Source: an uncultured archaeon
Lineage (GTDB): Archaea > Asgardarchaeota > Lokiarchaeia > Sigyniarchaeales > SOKP01
Direction of reading: 5' to 3'
Length of the DNA: 46,740 nucleotides
Assembly: GCA_964486045.1 (NCBI GenBank)
Contig: CAZALK010000013.1
Span: 1-46,740 of the forward strand
The notes below the pieces were generated by a model that was not told the origin of the DNA, did not search any database, and worked only from the letters and a program-made list of their open reading frames with translations. This document shows positions 21,036 to 32,131 of this stretch, piece after piece (the first letter of the stretch is position 1; the number at the start of each line of letters is the position of its first letter). The translations under genes were made by a program, and so were the position numbers.

Positions 21036-21842
21036 TTATCCTTTAAAATGTGTCTGGATATAATAGTTGGTCTCACTTCTAGTAAAAGGTCTGGTTGCTG
21101 AACCTTTTCGTACATAGAATTCTTCCTCATTCGCTTTTTTAGTAAATACTGGTATTTTGCTGGGTTGGACTTCCAAAACACATATCTCTTTATCATCGAT
21201 TGTTAAAAAATCTATCTTCCAATAATCGGAAAATTTGTTACCAATATGATTTGTGATCAGTTGTGTAAGAAACAATGAAAATTCATCCTTATCTTTTTTA
21301 CGTTTTAATGCGTTATAATCTTTTTCTAATCCCTTTATCTCTTTTTTATCACTAACTCCAATCATTAATAGTCCCCCTTGAGCATTTAAAAATCCTGATA
21401 TTTCTTTTATAACAGAGAATTCAAGATCCTTATTGACTTGGTTTTTTTGAATATCATATCGCAGTGTCTCTTTAAATTCGATGGTAGGACCTTCTCCCTT
21501 CTCAATCCCATATTTTACTCGTTGTTCTAAATTACCGTTAATAAGCTGTTTTAGTTGCTTAATTTCGACTTCATGATTTCGTTCTATTTGATTGGCATTC
21601 AACTTATATACAATTTCTTGTATCATTTTTAAAGCATAATGATAGAAAGACGCGGGGAATCTAACACTGTAAAAATCAAATGATATTTTCTTAAGATCGT
21701 CAGATACTTCATATTGCACATCATAAAATCTGTTTGGTCCGACTGAAATTTCAATCTCACCATCAAATCCTATTATTGAATCCTTTATTATTTTCCTTAT
21801 TTTTTCAATATCTTCTTTGTATTTTTCTTCTATATTTGTCAT
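21036..21842 (-). CDS. AlbA_2/Schlafen domain protein
   Basis: EGPTIEFKETLR..GFLNAQGGLLMIGVSD..FYVRKGSAT. Confidence 0.85.
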   Translation of the reverse strand: MTNIEEKYKEDIEKIRKIIKDSIIGFDGEIEISVGPNRFYDVQYEVSDDLKKISFDFYSVRFPASFYHYALKMIQEIVYKLNANQIERNHEVEIKQLKQLINGNLEQRVKYGIEKGEGPTIEFKETLRYDIQKNQVNKDLEFSVIKEISGFLNAQGGLLMIGVSDKKEIKGLEKDYNALKRKKDKDEFSLFLTQLITNHIGNKFSDYWKIDFLTIDDKEICVLEVQPSKIPVFTKKANEEEFYVRKGSATRPFTRSETNYYIQTHFKG

Positions 21843-22216
21843 TATACTTCGATTAATCTTTCATTAAATATTATTTAAACATTGAGGTTCCCTTAACTCT
21901 CACGTCTCATTTGTTTTTAATTATCATTATATTCTAAACTACCATAAAAATGGGGGAAATCTTGATGTGAGGTGTCTATGCATAATTTGCATTGACCTTG
22001 AATAGCTTTATATTCTTTAAGTTTATATAGAATTTTTTCTTTGGAAGCTAATTCGTCTATATTTCCTTTAGTTTTTATTAATTTAATGATAGAGACAACA
22101 ATTATGCACCTTCTTGTTCATTATCTGTACTTGAGGGGAATCCTTATTTAAAAGAGGACATTTAGAGAGATATTTAACCTTTTTCATAATATAAGAATTA
22201 AATTATTGTTATAATA

Positions 22217-22510
22217 TTACTCAATGCCTTTTAAAATCATTGTATTACTTTCTTCATATAAATCTATACCAAACGGACTATTAACAAGAGCCTTATCTCC
22301 AATTAGAACAACCCAACCTTTATCAATTATGAAATTTTTTACTTTATTATAGAGATCTCCATCCAAACAATTAATTGTAATTATAGAATTTGTATTTATA
22401 ATATTTCCTTTATAATTTTGTTCTGGATTGTATATAATATTTATTTGTACTTCAGGATATTCTTTTAATATTATCTCCCTTAATTCTCCAGCTTTCGTTT
22501 GTTTTGGCAT
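22217..22510 (-). CDS. hypothetical protein
   Basis: 97-aa ATG ORF with protein-like composition. Confidence 0.5.
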   Translation of the reverse strand: MPKQTKAGELREIILKEYPEVQINIIYNPEQNYKGNIINTNSIITINCLDGDLYNKVKNFIIDKGWVVLIGDKALVNSPFGIDLYEESNTMILKGIE

Positions 22511-22742
22511 AATTTATAGAATAAATTTAGTTAATTAAAAAAAATTGTTAAAGGCTTATTATTCCTCTCTTTTTTGAATCTCCAAACTTATTTAAATATT
22601 TAGAGTAAATTATACTTAAGAATGGAAGAAAAAATTTACCGGCATTTTCATTTAACCTGTGTTTAACCCATATTTTTATTTTCATGTTTATATTTTCAAG
22701 AATAGCACGAGGAAATGTAGAATTAACAATCCTAGTTTTTCT

Positions 22743-22950
22743 CAAAGGACTTGAAGTCTTACAAGGCTGATGAGGTTAAGGTGATTTGGAAATTAAATAA
22801 CCGAGATTAAAGAATTAGGAAAACTCGTATAGCTAAAAAATTTGATTTTAGAGAAAAATGAATTTACAGAAATTGAAGATCTTTTGAATTTAAGAAACTT
22901 AACTTAGTTGTGGTTAAGGTATAACCAATTAGCTGAAATTACAGACGCTT
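22743..22950 (+). pseudogene. leucine-rich-repeat gene remnant
   Basis: ITEIKELGKLV*LKNLILEKNEFTEIEDLLNLRNLT*LWLRYNQLAEIT. Confidence 0.7.
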
Positions 22951-23264
22951 TAACGCTCATCTTCAAAAAATACCAATTTTCTCATAAATTTCAAAACATC
23001 TAAACCGTGTTGGTAAACACTTGGAGTCTTATATAAATCCACTATTTTTTAAATTATAAGGTCAATTTTGACTAAATAGATAAGGATTATTTTGAGTATT
23101 TAAAGGGGATTCAGAATTATTATTGGAGTTTATATAACTTTTTTTCGATTAAATTCTATCAGTAATTTTAAGCAAAAATCCTGAAATAGTTCATGAATAA
23201 TCGATATTGACGTTTTTCTAAACATTTCATATTATATCAATAAGTTATACATAAGTGATGTCAA

Positions 23265-23810
23265 ATGGAGAATAAATACAAATTAGCAAGCATATTTATC
23301 TTTTTTGAATCGTTATCCGTGGGGCTCTTTATCGGATTTAATCCTATTTTTTTAGATTTAATGCCTGTAGTAATTATTGTAATAGCTTTTTTTTACTGTT
23401 TATATATTTACCATAGTCAAAAAAATAGGGGAGGTATAATGCGACATTTAAAAATTAAGTATAATGAAATATTGAAAGATGATGAAAAATATAATGAAAC
23501 CGTAACTGAAGAATTTATTGAACGTTTCAATGAAAAAATGAAATCTTCAATAACAATTTCAGCCTTATTAATTAGCTTCTCACTTCCGGGATTAGTTTTC
23601 CTTATTAACATATACATTCGAGTACCTACTCCCTTTAATGAAGTTCAACGTATTTACTTTATCTTTTCTATCGCAACCTTTCTTTTTTCAATAGCTTTTT
23701 TATTGCTGAAGTTAGAAATATCGAAAACTTGTCTTGACCCTTTTTTCAATATAAAGCAAAATCTTGCCTTCCACCTTAAAATTCAGTACTTTTATATTAT
23801 AGTGTCTTAA
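23265..23810 (+). CDS. membrane protein (~4 TM)
   Basis: Hydrophobic segments. Confidence 0.6.
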   Translation: MENKYKLASIFIFFESLSVGLFIGFNPIFLDLMPVVIIVIAFFYCLYIYHSQKNRGGIMRHLKIKYNEILKDDEKYNETVTEEFIERFNEKMKSSITISALLISFSLPGLVFLINIYIRVPTPFNEVQRIYFIFSIATFLFSIAFLLLKLEISKTCLDPFFNIKQNLAFHLKIQYFYIIVS

Positions 23811-23844
23811 ATATTTTATTTTGAACTATTTTTATTTGAAAGTC

Positions 23845-25347
23845 TTAATTTTTCTCTTTATATTTTTTTACTAAATTTAAATCAATTTCAGTAATTTTTT
23901 TATGTGAAGTAGTGATTTTTCTATAAAGCTGCAAGAGACTTTTCAGAGTCATATTGAATATCTCTCTATTCTTTTCAACATAACTAGGTGTAATAATATC
24001 TTGAACTTGATGTACATTAAAGTTACCATCCTTTCGAAATTTCTCTAAATGATTAAATATATCATCGTGAATTGTCATTAGGTAAGATTTGTCAATTTCT
24101 GATCTCAAAAACCTAAGCAAATCTATAAGTCTTGAAAAGTCTCTAACTCTTCGTTGATTTTTATTATAATATAAATTTGTATATTCACCTTTTAAACATG
24201 CAGAGAAAATATCTCTCAGTATATTTTCAAACAAATTTCTTAATAGATTGGGTAAAATTTTATAAAAATCAGAATGTTTTACGCATAAATTTATTGAATC
24301 TTTAATTCCAATATAATCTGGTAATTGATATTGAAGAAAGTCAATTTCAATGTATTCTATTTCACTTCTCTGAGTTTGTGGCTTTAAAGCTCTTTGATCA
24401 CTGTCGTTATAATTACTTCCCTCTAAATCCTCCGTATATATACCATCAAATGATTTTGACCATCTTGGAGTTTCAAAAGATTTTTCTATGTCAATAATGT
24501 ATTCTCCACGAATTATTTTTTCAAACAACACTCTTATATTAAAATTTGGATCGCAGTCATTTTTACTGAAATCAAAATTAAATGAAGTTTTAAAGTAATC
24601 TTCAGAAAGATTCTTAGTATTTTTATCATTAAAATTTATTTGAAACTCTTTTAAGCCAATAAAATACTCTTCTCGTAACATTGGTCTTGAAAATATTCTA
24701 TAAAATACAATTGAATTATTAAATATTTTGTGGTATTCTATTTCACCAGACAATACATCTTTTATAGATTTTAAATTTGAAAATTTTATGTAAAGCGGTA
24801 ATACGAAAGAAAAATATAAACCCACATTAATATCATAATGATCCAATTGAAAAATCCTATTCAGAACATTATAAATATTATTTTCACCAATTTTTACAAT
24901 TTCCTTATTTAAAAAACTAAAACTTTTATGATGTTCTTGAGGATGCGACAATGTACAATAGAAATTAATAATATTATATACCTTAACCTCATTTTCAGTC
25001 ATCCAGAATCTACTTCTTGAAGTATTTAGTCTTGCATCTAATTTATCGAAAGGGCATTCTTCTGAAAATTGATCTATATTTTTATAAATTTCTTTAAGAT
25101 TTTGTTCCCAATTTAGGATATCTAAGGCTCTATATATAACCTCAAAGTTGTCAGTTTTATATCTTTTTAGATTTAACTCATCATATTTTTTTTCTAGTTG
25201 TTCTTTTTCTTCATTTGAAAATCTAATAATAGTAAGAATTGGGTACCATTCTCCACCCTTTTTATATAATGCACTTCTAAAATCAATTATTTTATAGGAA
25301 TCTTGAAGTACATGTAACGTTTTTAAAAAATCGATTTTTAGTGACAT
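23845..25347 (-). CDS. protein with a C-terminal HEPN-like (DUF4145-like) domain
   Basis: LLRNLFENILRD..FRKDGNFNVH. Confidence 0.6.
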   Translation of the reverse strand: MSLKIDFLKTLHVLQDSYKIIDFRSALYKKGGEWYPILTIIRFSNEEKEQLEKKYDELNLKRYKTDNFEVIYRALDILNWEQNLKEIYKNIDQFSEECPFDKLDARLNTSRSRFWMTENEVKVYNIINFYCTLSHPQEHHKSFSFLNKEIVKIGENNIYNVLNRIFQLDHYDINVGLYFSFVLPLYIKFSNLKSIKDVLSGEIEYHKIFNNSIVFYRIFSRPMLREEYFIGLKEFQINFNDKNTKNLSEDYFKTSFNFDFSKNDCDPNFNIRVLFEKIIRGEYIIDIEKSFETPRWSKSFDGIYTEDLEGSNYNDSDQRALKPQTQRSEIEYIEIDFLQYQLPDYIGIKDSINLCVKHSDFYKILPNLLRNLFENILRDIFSACLKGEYTNLYYNKNQRRVRDFSRLIDLLRFLRSEIDKSYLMTIHDDIFNHLEKFRKDGNFNVHQVQDIITPSYVEKNREIFNMTLKSLLQLYRKITTSHKKITEIDLNLVKKYKEKN

Positions 25348-25494
25348 AGCTCGAAATAGCTTAATTTTTAACTGTTAAAAACAGTCATTAAAATAATCTC
25401 TAATCTCTTTAGGGTTTTATAGGTTTTTTCCCTTTTAAATTTACATTAATAATCTTTTATTTATATTAAACAACGATAACTTATTACAATTCAA

Positions 25495-26586
25495 TTATTT
25501 TGACTCATTTGCTTGTTCAGAGCAAATATTACATTTTTTATTAGTTAAAAATTCAAAGAATAAGACTTCATTTCCACAAACACACTCCACATTACTAGTT
25601 TCCAATTTAAGGACGATATCATTCAACCCATACAAGACACCTAATGATATTGATTTTCCCAATTTTATTATTTTATGAGCAGATGGATTTCTGTAACCTG
25701 TATAATACCCTACTAATAAATATCTTGTACCTTCTTGTATGTTTTTACCATTGTTAGTTGATAGATCTGCAACTTTAACAACAGGGTTTTCCAACGACAA
25801 TGTTTTATGAAATAAGTCTACTCCATCTTTTTCTTCTCCTGTTTTTACCTTGTAAACCTCCTTAAAATTGTCATTTAATTGAACAAGAACTGTTTGAACA
25901 GCATCAGTATAATGTGTGTCTTTAAATTTCTTTTTAGCGTTATTAGTAATAAATTCTGTAAAATTGTTCCAAGGATTTATTTTCCAATGTTTAACTAAGA
26001 TTGAAGCAAATAGTATAATTAGAATAATTTGAATAATAAACAAAATGATAAAATTAAACCGTTCAAAAATCAATAATTCATAGTACAGTGCAAATTCAAC
26101 ATCACCAAAGAAAGGTTCTATAACTATATAGAGGGGTGTAATTATTTCCTCAATGTTTATAAAAATGGCTTTGGAATAAAGAATGTGTTCTGATGTTATG
26201 TTATCAAAATTAATCGGAGAAGGTATCTGGTTCCTTTTTTCCTGATATTCAGCATATTGGACTGCGTTAAAAACAAAGAGATCTACGACAGACTCTGGAT
26301 TTATAACGATTTTTAGCTCTATATATGGAAAAAATACAAAATTGGTTATATCGAGTTTTTCTGTATAATATTCATCCTCACTATAATCTAAGTTAAGATT
26401 GAATCTGTTATCTTTAATTCTGAAAATAGGTAGGCTTAATATAGGTAGAAAAAATAGACTGAAGAATAGAACAAAAATCTCCCCCATTAAAATCAGGCCA
26501 AATATTTTAAACGAGTTTCTTGATAAAAAAGTCCTAATTGATTTTAACCATTTTAAAAATTTGCTCAACCTCATTAAATAAATCAA
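25495..26586 (-). CDS. membrane-anchored TIGR02391/Ymh (HEPN-like) domain protein
   Basis: Two TMs, then YTDAV..DGVDLF..NIQEG..YRNPSAH; C-terminal CxC..CxxC. Confidence 0.8.
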   Translation of the reverse strand: MIYLMRLSKFLKWLKSIRTFLSRNSFKIFGLILMGEIFVLFFSLFFLPILSLPIFRIKDNRFNLNLDYSEDEYYTEKLDITNFVFFPYIELKIVINPESVVDLFVFNAVQYAEYQEKRNQIPSPINFDNITSEHILYSKAIFINIEEIITPLYIVIEPFFGDVEFALYYELLIFERFNFIILFIIQIILIILFASILVKHWKINPWNNFTEFITNNAKKKFKDTHYTDAVQTVLVQLNDNFKEVYKVKTGEEKDGVDLFHKTLSLENPVVKVADLSTNNGKNIQEGTRYLLVGYYTGYRNPSAHKIIKLGKSISLGVLYGLNDIVLKLETSNVECVCGNEVLFFEFLTNKKCNICSEQANESK

Positions 26587-27047
26587 CTTAATAATTCAAT
26601 TTCTTATCTTTTGGTTTCTATAATCTTACAAGGATTGTTAAAAGATAATTCCTAACTGTTTCAGTTCATATTGTCCATTCTGTTTGATACTACTCCCAAT
26701 ATACATATTTAATAATATTATATAAATATGATCTCTCTTATTATTAGCCCGTTGATTAAGAATGGGAATTAATTAAATAAGATTTATATACCACCAGTTC
26801 AGAGTGTAATACAAAATAGCAATAATCTTTTGTTCCTCATAGTACATAAATATTCCTCTAATGTAGATGAGTTCTTGTTCAGTCGTGAATTCATTCCCAT
26901 ATCGGAAATTCGATACACAGAATTAACTCTCAGAATTTTAACAAGTATCAAATCTTAATGACAAATCGTCTTGTAACTACATTTTTTGTTATAAATGGTT
27001 AATATTCTTTTACTTTAGATTGATGTTGAAAAAAGTGTATTGCTCTC

Positions 27048-28355
27048 TTGCCCAGTACTCTTCCGACTGCTGTCAAAATGAGTAGTGGTGTTGGTGGTGT
27101 TGCCTCGACTCTACCGTGGAATTGGTTTGGTGGACAAATTGGTACAGCAGTCTTTCCCGCATGGGATGAAGAAGTAGGTGCACATGAAATAGGTCATGCA
27201 TTTGGTATTGCATCCCACATCGAGGATAACCCAGATTATCCGTTTTCAGGGATAGGAGAGTATGGAGTGCATCTCAAATACTACGGGACGGTGATGGTTA
27301 ACCATCCAGGGAGAAGTCAAGATATTATGTCGACGAGACCAGGATGGGTTTCACCTTATACATATAATGACTTACTCTGTAAGACTATGAATCTGTATTG
27401 GACTTACGGTCCTGTTGACGCGGTACCTTCAAAGATCCAGCTTTCAGAACGAGTTGTAGTGCGTGGGATACTTTGGCCAGACTCAGGTCGAGTCAAACTT
27501 AGACTTTTATACCATAAACGGCTCTATCAAGATAGACCATGGCGGTATTCTACCCAGTTTGAGATTGCTTTGGTCAATAAACATGGGGATACACTTGTAG
27601 CTGAGCCAATTCGCACTCGTAGACCTAAAAAAGGTTTGATTCGAATTTTACAGACTATTCCTCTTTATCGAGGCACCGTAGCACTAGAGATTCGGGACGA
27701 CAAGAAAGTCCTTATCCGGGTGGATCGAGATGTTGGTCGACCCATGATAAAGGATTTAAGGCTAGCAAAAGGAAAAACTGGGTGGTCCCTTGAATGGGAT
27801 TCCAATCATAGGGATTCCAATCATTCTGAAGAGCATAAACTGGTCTATGACGTTGCGATAACATTTGACAACGGAAAGAGTTGGCAACCTTTAGCTACCG
27901 AATTGATAGAACCTATGTACTCTTTTGATTCGAGCAAGCAGGCTGGTGGGGATGAGTGTCGGCTAAGGGTTTTTGCTCACGATGGATTCAACAGCGCCTA
28001 CGTAGATACAGAGACTTTCTCCATACCATTACAACCGCCATTAATCATCCCAGTAAACTTTAAAGACGGAGAGGATCTTCCAGCTTCAAGACTCCATTTT
28101 CTAAGAGTAGAGACCATTTCACCTCGTTTTGGGAGTCTAGATGATGATCAAATACGCTGGGAGTCGAAAACTGAGGGGGTACTCGGGATCGGTCGTATTA
28201 TTCAAGTGGATCTGAAGGAGGGTGAACACGAAATAACGGTATATGCCGAAACATCTCCTTCATGTATTGCTCAAAGAACATTCAAACTTCAAGCAACACT
28301 TGAGCAAGAAGACAATATTAACCACATAAAAAAAAATATTGAAAAAGAATCCTAA
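27048..28355 (+). CDS. zincin metallopeptidase with Ig/FN3-like C-terminal domains, likely N-terminally truncated
   Basis: AHEIGHAFGIASH (HExxHxxGxxH) and DIMS Met-turn; visibly higher GC than the flanks. Confidence 0.75.
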   Translation: MPSTLPTAVKMSSGVGGVASTLPWNWFGGQIGTAVFPAWDEEVGAHEIGHAFGIASHIEDNPDYPFSGIGEYGVHLKYYGTVMVNHPGRSQDIMSTRPGWVSPYTYNDLLCKTMNLYWTYGPVDAVPSKIQLSERVVVRGILWPDSGRVKLRLLYHKRLYQDRPWRYSTQFEIALVNKHGDTLVAEPIRTRRPKKGLIRILQTIPLYRGTVALEIRDDKKVLIRVDRDVGRPMIKDLRLAKGKTGWSLEWDSNHRDSNHSEEHKLVYDVAITFDNGKSWQPLATELIEPMYSFDSSKQAGGDECRLRVFAHDGFNSAYVDTETFSIPLQPPLIIPVNFKDGEDLPASRLHFLRVETISPRFGSLDDDQIRWESKTEGVLGIGRIIQVDLKEGEHEITVYAETSPSCIAQRTFKLQATLEQEDNINHIKKNIEKES

Positions 28356-29112
28356 ATCACAAGATAAGAAAGAAAAATGAACTGGGTAAGAGTTTTCGAG
28401 AAATCGCAGAAGAATTAGGAGAGGATATGATCACCATGAGACATTATCTTGATGCAGATTTAGAGAAATACAAAAGAGAGCCCGAAAGATCTTAATATTA
28501 TTCGATGGAAAGTATTTGAAATACACAGGTTAAAGGCGATAAATGAAGAATTTTTTGTAGAATATAGGCAACTGAAGTTTTTCCTTCAAAAGCACAAAAA
28601 ATCAAAACTTATATTCGAAAGTAGTAATATGATCTTGGATTCTTATTGTATGATCACTCCAGATGGTTGGTTTTATCAAGATACTAATAATCAACTAATG
28701 AACATAGCTTACGTTTAATATAAGGACAATAATCTGTATAAAAGGAATAAATTTCTTCCATAATAATCAATTCGAATTAATTATGATAAAGCTGCAAAAT
28801 TAAAAATTTAAAGTTGAATATTTAATTTTAATTATTATTTTTAAAAGACTTGAATTTTTTTTAAAATCATTTTAATTTCTACAGATTTTTTATATTTGAA
28901 AAATTTGTGGCAGCTAAATTTTGATATCAGGATGACCATACTTTTTTTGATAAAAAAAAATCCTTTCCTCTAATCTCAGTTTATTTGCTTTGTTTGTCAT
29001 TTTCTTTAAAATAATTAATATTATATCGACAAAACTCGAAATTCAAGCGATTTTTGAAGAGTAGTCAAGTATTATTAATTCTTTAATCTAAGGTTTTTTA
29101 TTTTACTTTCTC

Positions 29113-29682
29113 ATGAGTAATATTATGAAATACAAGAATTTGGTTTCTCTTAGTATCATAATTGGCATCTCAATTCTATTAATAGCATTATTATTTATTT
29201 TTCAAATAATAGAATTGAAGGATTTAGCTATTAATTTGGTTTCAATTCTTCTGCTCTCAGGAATAGTTCAATACTTATTTCAAAAATATTCAAAAAAAAG
29301 TGAACTAAAAAATGTTATTAATAAGCATTATAATATTCTCTTTTCTTTCTTAGATGAGTTATTTTTAGAAAAGAGTTTTGCTTCAGGAAGAATTACTTTT
29401 ATAACAAAATATATAGATGAAAACAAGAAAGATTATTTAAAATTCTTTGAATTTGAAAAAGATGAGGTAACTCTTCCTTCAGCTCAAAATTATCGTTTTT
29501 TAAGAAATAAGTATAGTGTTAGATTTACATATCATTTTGAGTTGCCTTCTATTATTATTCTTGATAAAGGAATAACAGATGATGCCAAAATTCCTCATGA
29601 GAAAGCTTTAAAATTGTACAATAATTTGAAAAAGGAGATTAAAACATCTATAAAAAGAGAATTTGAAATTAAAATAAAATAA
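29113..29682 (+). CDS. 2-TM hypothetical protein
   Basis: Two N-terminal TMs followed by a soluble domain. Confidence 0.6.
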   Translation: MSNIMKYKNLVSLSIIIGISILLIALLFIFQIIELKDLAINLVSILLLSGIVQYLFQKYSKKSELKNVINKHYNILFSFLDELFLEKSFASGRITFITKYIDENKKDYLKFFEFEKDEVTLPSAQNYRFLRNKYSVRFTYHFELPSIIILDKGITDDAKIPHEKALKLYNNLKKEIKTSIKREFEIKIK

Positions 29683-30551
29683 TTATTATCTTTTTCTCAT
29701 TTCATTTACAGACTCGAAGGACAACTTTATTCCCCTGAGCCAATCCAAAGGCAAATTCTTTTCATTTTCAGATACATAATCCTGAAACCATTGAACTATT
29801 TCCTTTTTATTCATAAACTCTTTGAACAATAAGTTTTTTTAAAAGAATTAAAGAAATAAAATCTTGACTTTTAAGGGTTGTAATGCTTTTAGTAGCATAG
29901 AATATAAGACAAATGTATTTCCTACTCTCCCAATTTCTGTTCTCGGTTAAGTTTACAACTTTTAATTTTCAAATTATATTTGTTTTCATTTTATTTTGAG
30001 CCAGGTGATCAATTTAGCAGCTACTTTTTTTCTATTAACAAAATTGTAGTTTATATAATTTAAGTTGGAATAGTTAGTACGGAACGAGAAGATAATCAAT
30101 ATAAAAAAATTGAAAAATATCTGAAAGCATCATTAGGAAGGAAGTTTCAAAAACTCTCCGAAGACGTCAAAATGATGATAAAAAAATAATCAAGGATGAA
30201 TACGTAATCTAATTTTTTACTTTTTTTGAAGTTCTTTCATGAGCATCTATAGCAGCTTTCTGATCCCTATCAACCAATTGAGTAACTTCTTCTTCATTTA
30301 ATATGCTTTTATCTTCCAGAAATTTTACTAAATCAAAAAATTTATAATCTTCAAATACAATTATAATATAAAAACTCGCATTCTTTTATTATTATCGATG
30401 AAATTATGATACTCGGGAAGAATATAGGAAAGAATTTCTTTTTAGCTATCATAGAAATAATATAAATTAGAAAGTCATTAATCTATTAATGTTTAATTAA
30501 AAAAACAGTTAAACAAATCATAATAATAAAATTTTTGGGGGGAAAAAAATT

Positions 30552-31055
30552 ATGAATAAAATAGAATGTATAATTGCATTATTATATGCTAATAATTCGG
30601 AAAAAATAAAGGGAATTACTCGATTTGAAAAATTACTATTTTATTATTTAAAACTACAAGAGCAATTAAATAAGCAAATTAACTTTAAATTTGAAGCTTA
30701 TGATTATGGACCTCATTCAGATGAAATTCGAGATCTTCTCTATGCACTCCAAGACAAAAAACTAATTACTATAAAAACCTTAGAGACAGATAATTTTCTT
30801 GAAATTGATGATGTTGAAATTGATGAAGAAGAATTAAAGCCAATCGATTATGATAAGCAAGAGATTTATACAATAACATCTTTAGGTAAGAAAATTGGAG
30901 AAAAAATCTTTCAAAATATAGGAGATTTTGAATCTTTAAATAAATTTAAAAAAAATTTCAATAATCTCCCATTGAATAGGTTAATTCAAATTGTATATAC
31001 AAAATATCCTGAAATGACTAAACAATCTAAAATTTTAAAGGAAGTTTTTGGTTGA
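30552..31055 (+). CDS. Panacea/DUF4065 (SocA/YwgA-like) winged-helix protein
   Basis: GITRFEKLLFY..FEAYDYGPHSDEI. Confidence 0.75.
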   Translation: MNKIECIIALLYANNSEKIKGITRFEKLLFYYLKLQEQLNKQINFKFEAYDYGPHSDEIRDLLYALQDKKLITIKTLETDNFLEIDDVEIDEEELKPIDYDKQEIYTITSLGKKIGEKIFQNIGDFESLNKFKKNFNNLPLNRLIQIVYTKYPEMTKQSKILKEVFG

Positions 31056-31722
31056 AAATATGGGAGAGGTTACTAATTATGTTTTATACGGGATAGTATC
31101 ACCTCTTTTCTTTGGTCTAGGAGTTTATTTTATAAATAAATATAAAAATTATAAAGATCCTAAAGAAAAGGCTTCTTATTCCCGTAAAAGAACTACATAT
31201 TTTAATACAATATATTTTAATGAAATAGAACCATTAATAATCGATTTTTTCAAGAAATATCTTCAATATTTAGCTAAAAGTTCTTTTAGTTTTAAAAATT
31301 TTAGAGATTTTGTTAACCAAATATATAATTTAACAAAGAGGAAAATAAAGCTAAATCCTACAGAATTTAAAAGTATTATTGATAAATCTGATGTTTTTAA
31401 TAACATTCCGCATTTAGAACTTGATCCAAATATTATTAAAAATTTAATAAAGGGATGTAATAATTTTTCTAAATTTAATAAAACTTTATCGAATTATAAA
31501 AAAACAGGTATTTTGTGTTTCTTAATATTTGGAACTAATACTATCATACTAATTGTTTTTGATTTTTTTCCTAATACATATTTATATTATTTAGGAATAA
31601 CCTTATTTTTTTGGCTTTTAATCATTATTTTATTAATAATCTCCTATTTTAGATATTATAAAGATACATCTGTAATAATAAAAGAATTTGAATCTCAACC
31701 ATGGGTTAAACGAGGTAATTAA
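31048..31722 (+). CDS. 3-TM membrane protein
   Basis: One N-terminal and two C-terminal TMs; overlaps both neighbours. Confidence 0.65.
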   Translation: MVENMGEVTNYVLYGIVSPLFFGLGVYFINKYKNYKDPKEKASYSRKRTTYFNTIYFNEIEPLIIDFFKKYLQYLAKSSFSFKNFRDFVNQIYNLTKRKIKLNPTEFKSIIDKSDVFNNIPHLELDPNIIKNLIKGCNNFSKFNKTLSNYKKTGILCFLIFGTNTIILIVFDFFPNTYLYYLGITLFFWLLIIILLIISYFRYYKDTSVIIKEFESQPWVKRGN

Positions 31723-32119
31723 AATTCTTGAAAAAAGCTTATATAAACCAATTAAAGAAAAATATGGTAAAAATTATAATGCATATTATGAAATTCGTCT
31801 TTATAGTAGAATTGTTGACATCCTCTTTGTAAGAAAAAGAAGTACTTATCCAATTATAGCAATGGAATTTAAAGTAAAAGATTGGAAAAAAGCCTTAATT
31901 CAAGGATATAGTTATTTTTTAATTGCTAATTATGTATATATAGTTTTATACTATAAATCAATTAAATTTATTGAAGAGAAGGATTTAGAAATCTTTAGAA
32001 AAAATGGGATTGGTTTAATTTCTTCTTCAACGAAAAAATATGAAATTATTTTGAAACCAAGGAAAAATAAATTTATAGATCAAGAATTAAGTAAAAAAAT
32101 TATTAAAAATTTGAATTAA
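31688..32119 (+). CDS. PD-(D/E)xK nuclease-fold protein (MmcB/sce7726-like)
   Basis: YEIR..IVDIL..AMEFKVKDWKKALIQGYSY. Confidence 0.75.
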   Translation: MNLNHGLNEVIKILEKSLYKPIKEKYGKNYNAYYEIRLYSRIVDILFVRKRSTYPIIAMEFKVKDWKKALIQGYSYFLIANYVYIVLYYKSIKFIEEKDLEIFRKNGIGLISSSTKKYEIILKPRKNKFIDQELSKKIIKNLN

Positions 32120-32131
32120 TAGAGGGTTATA

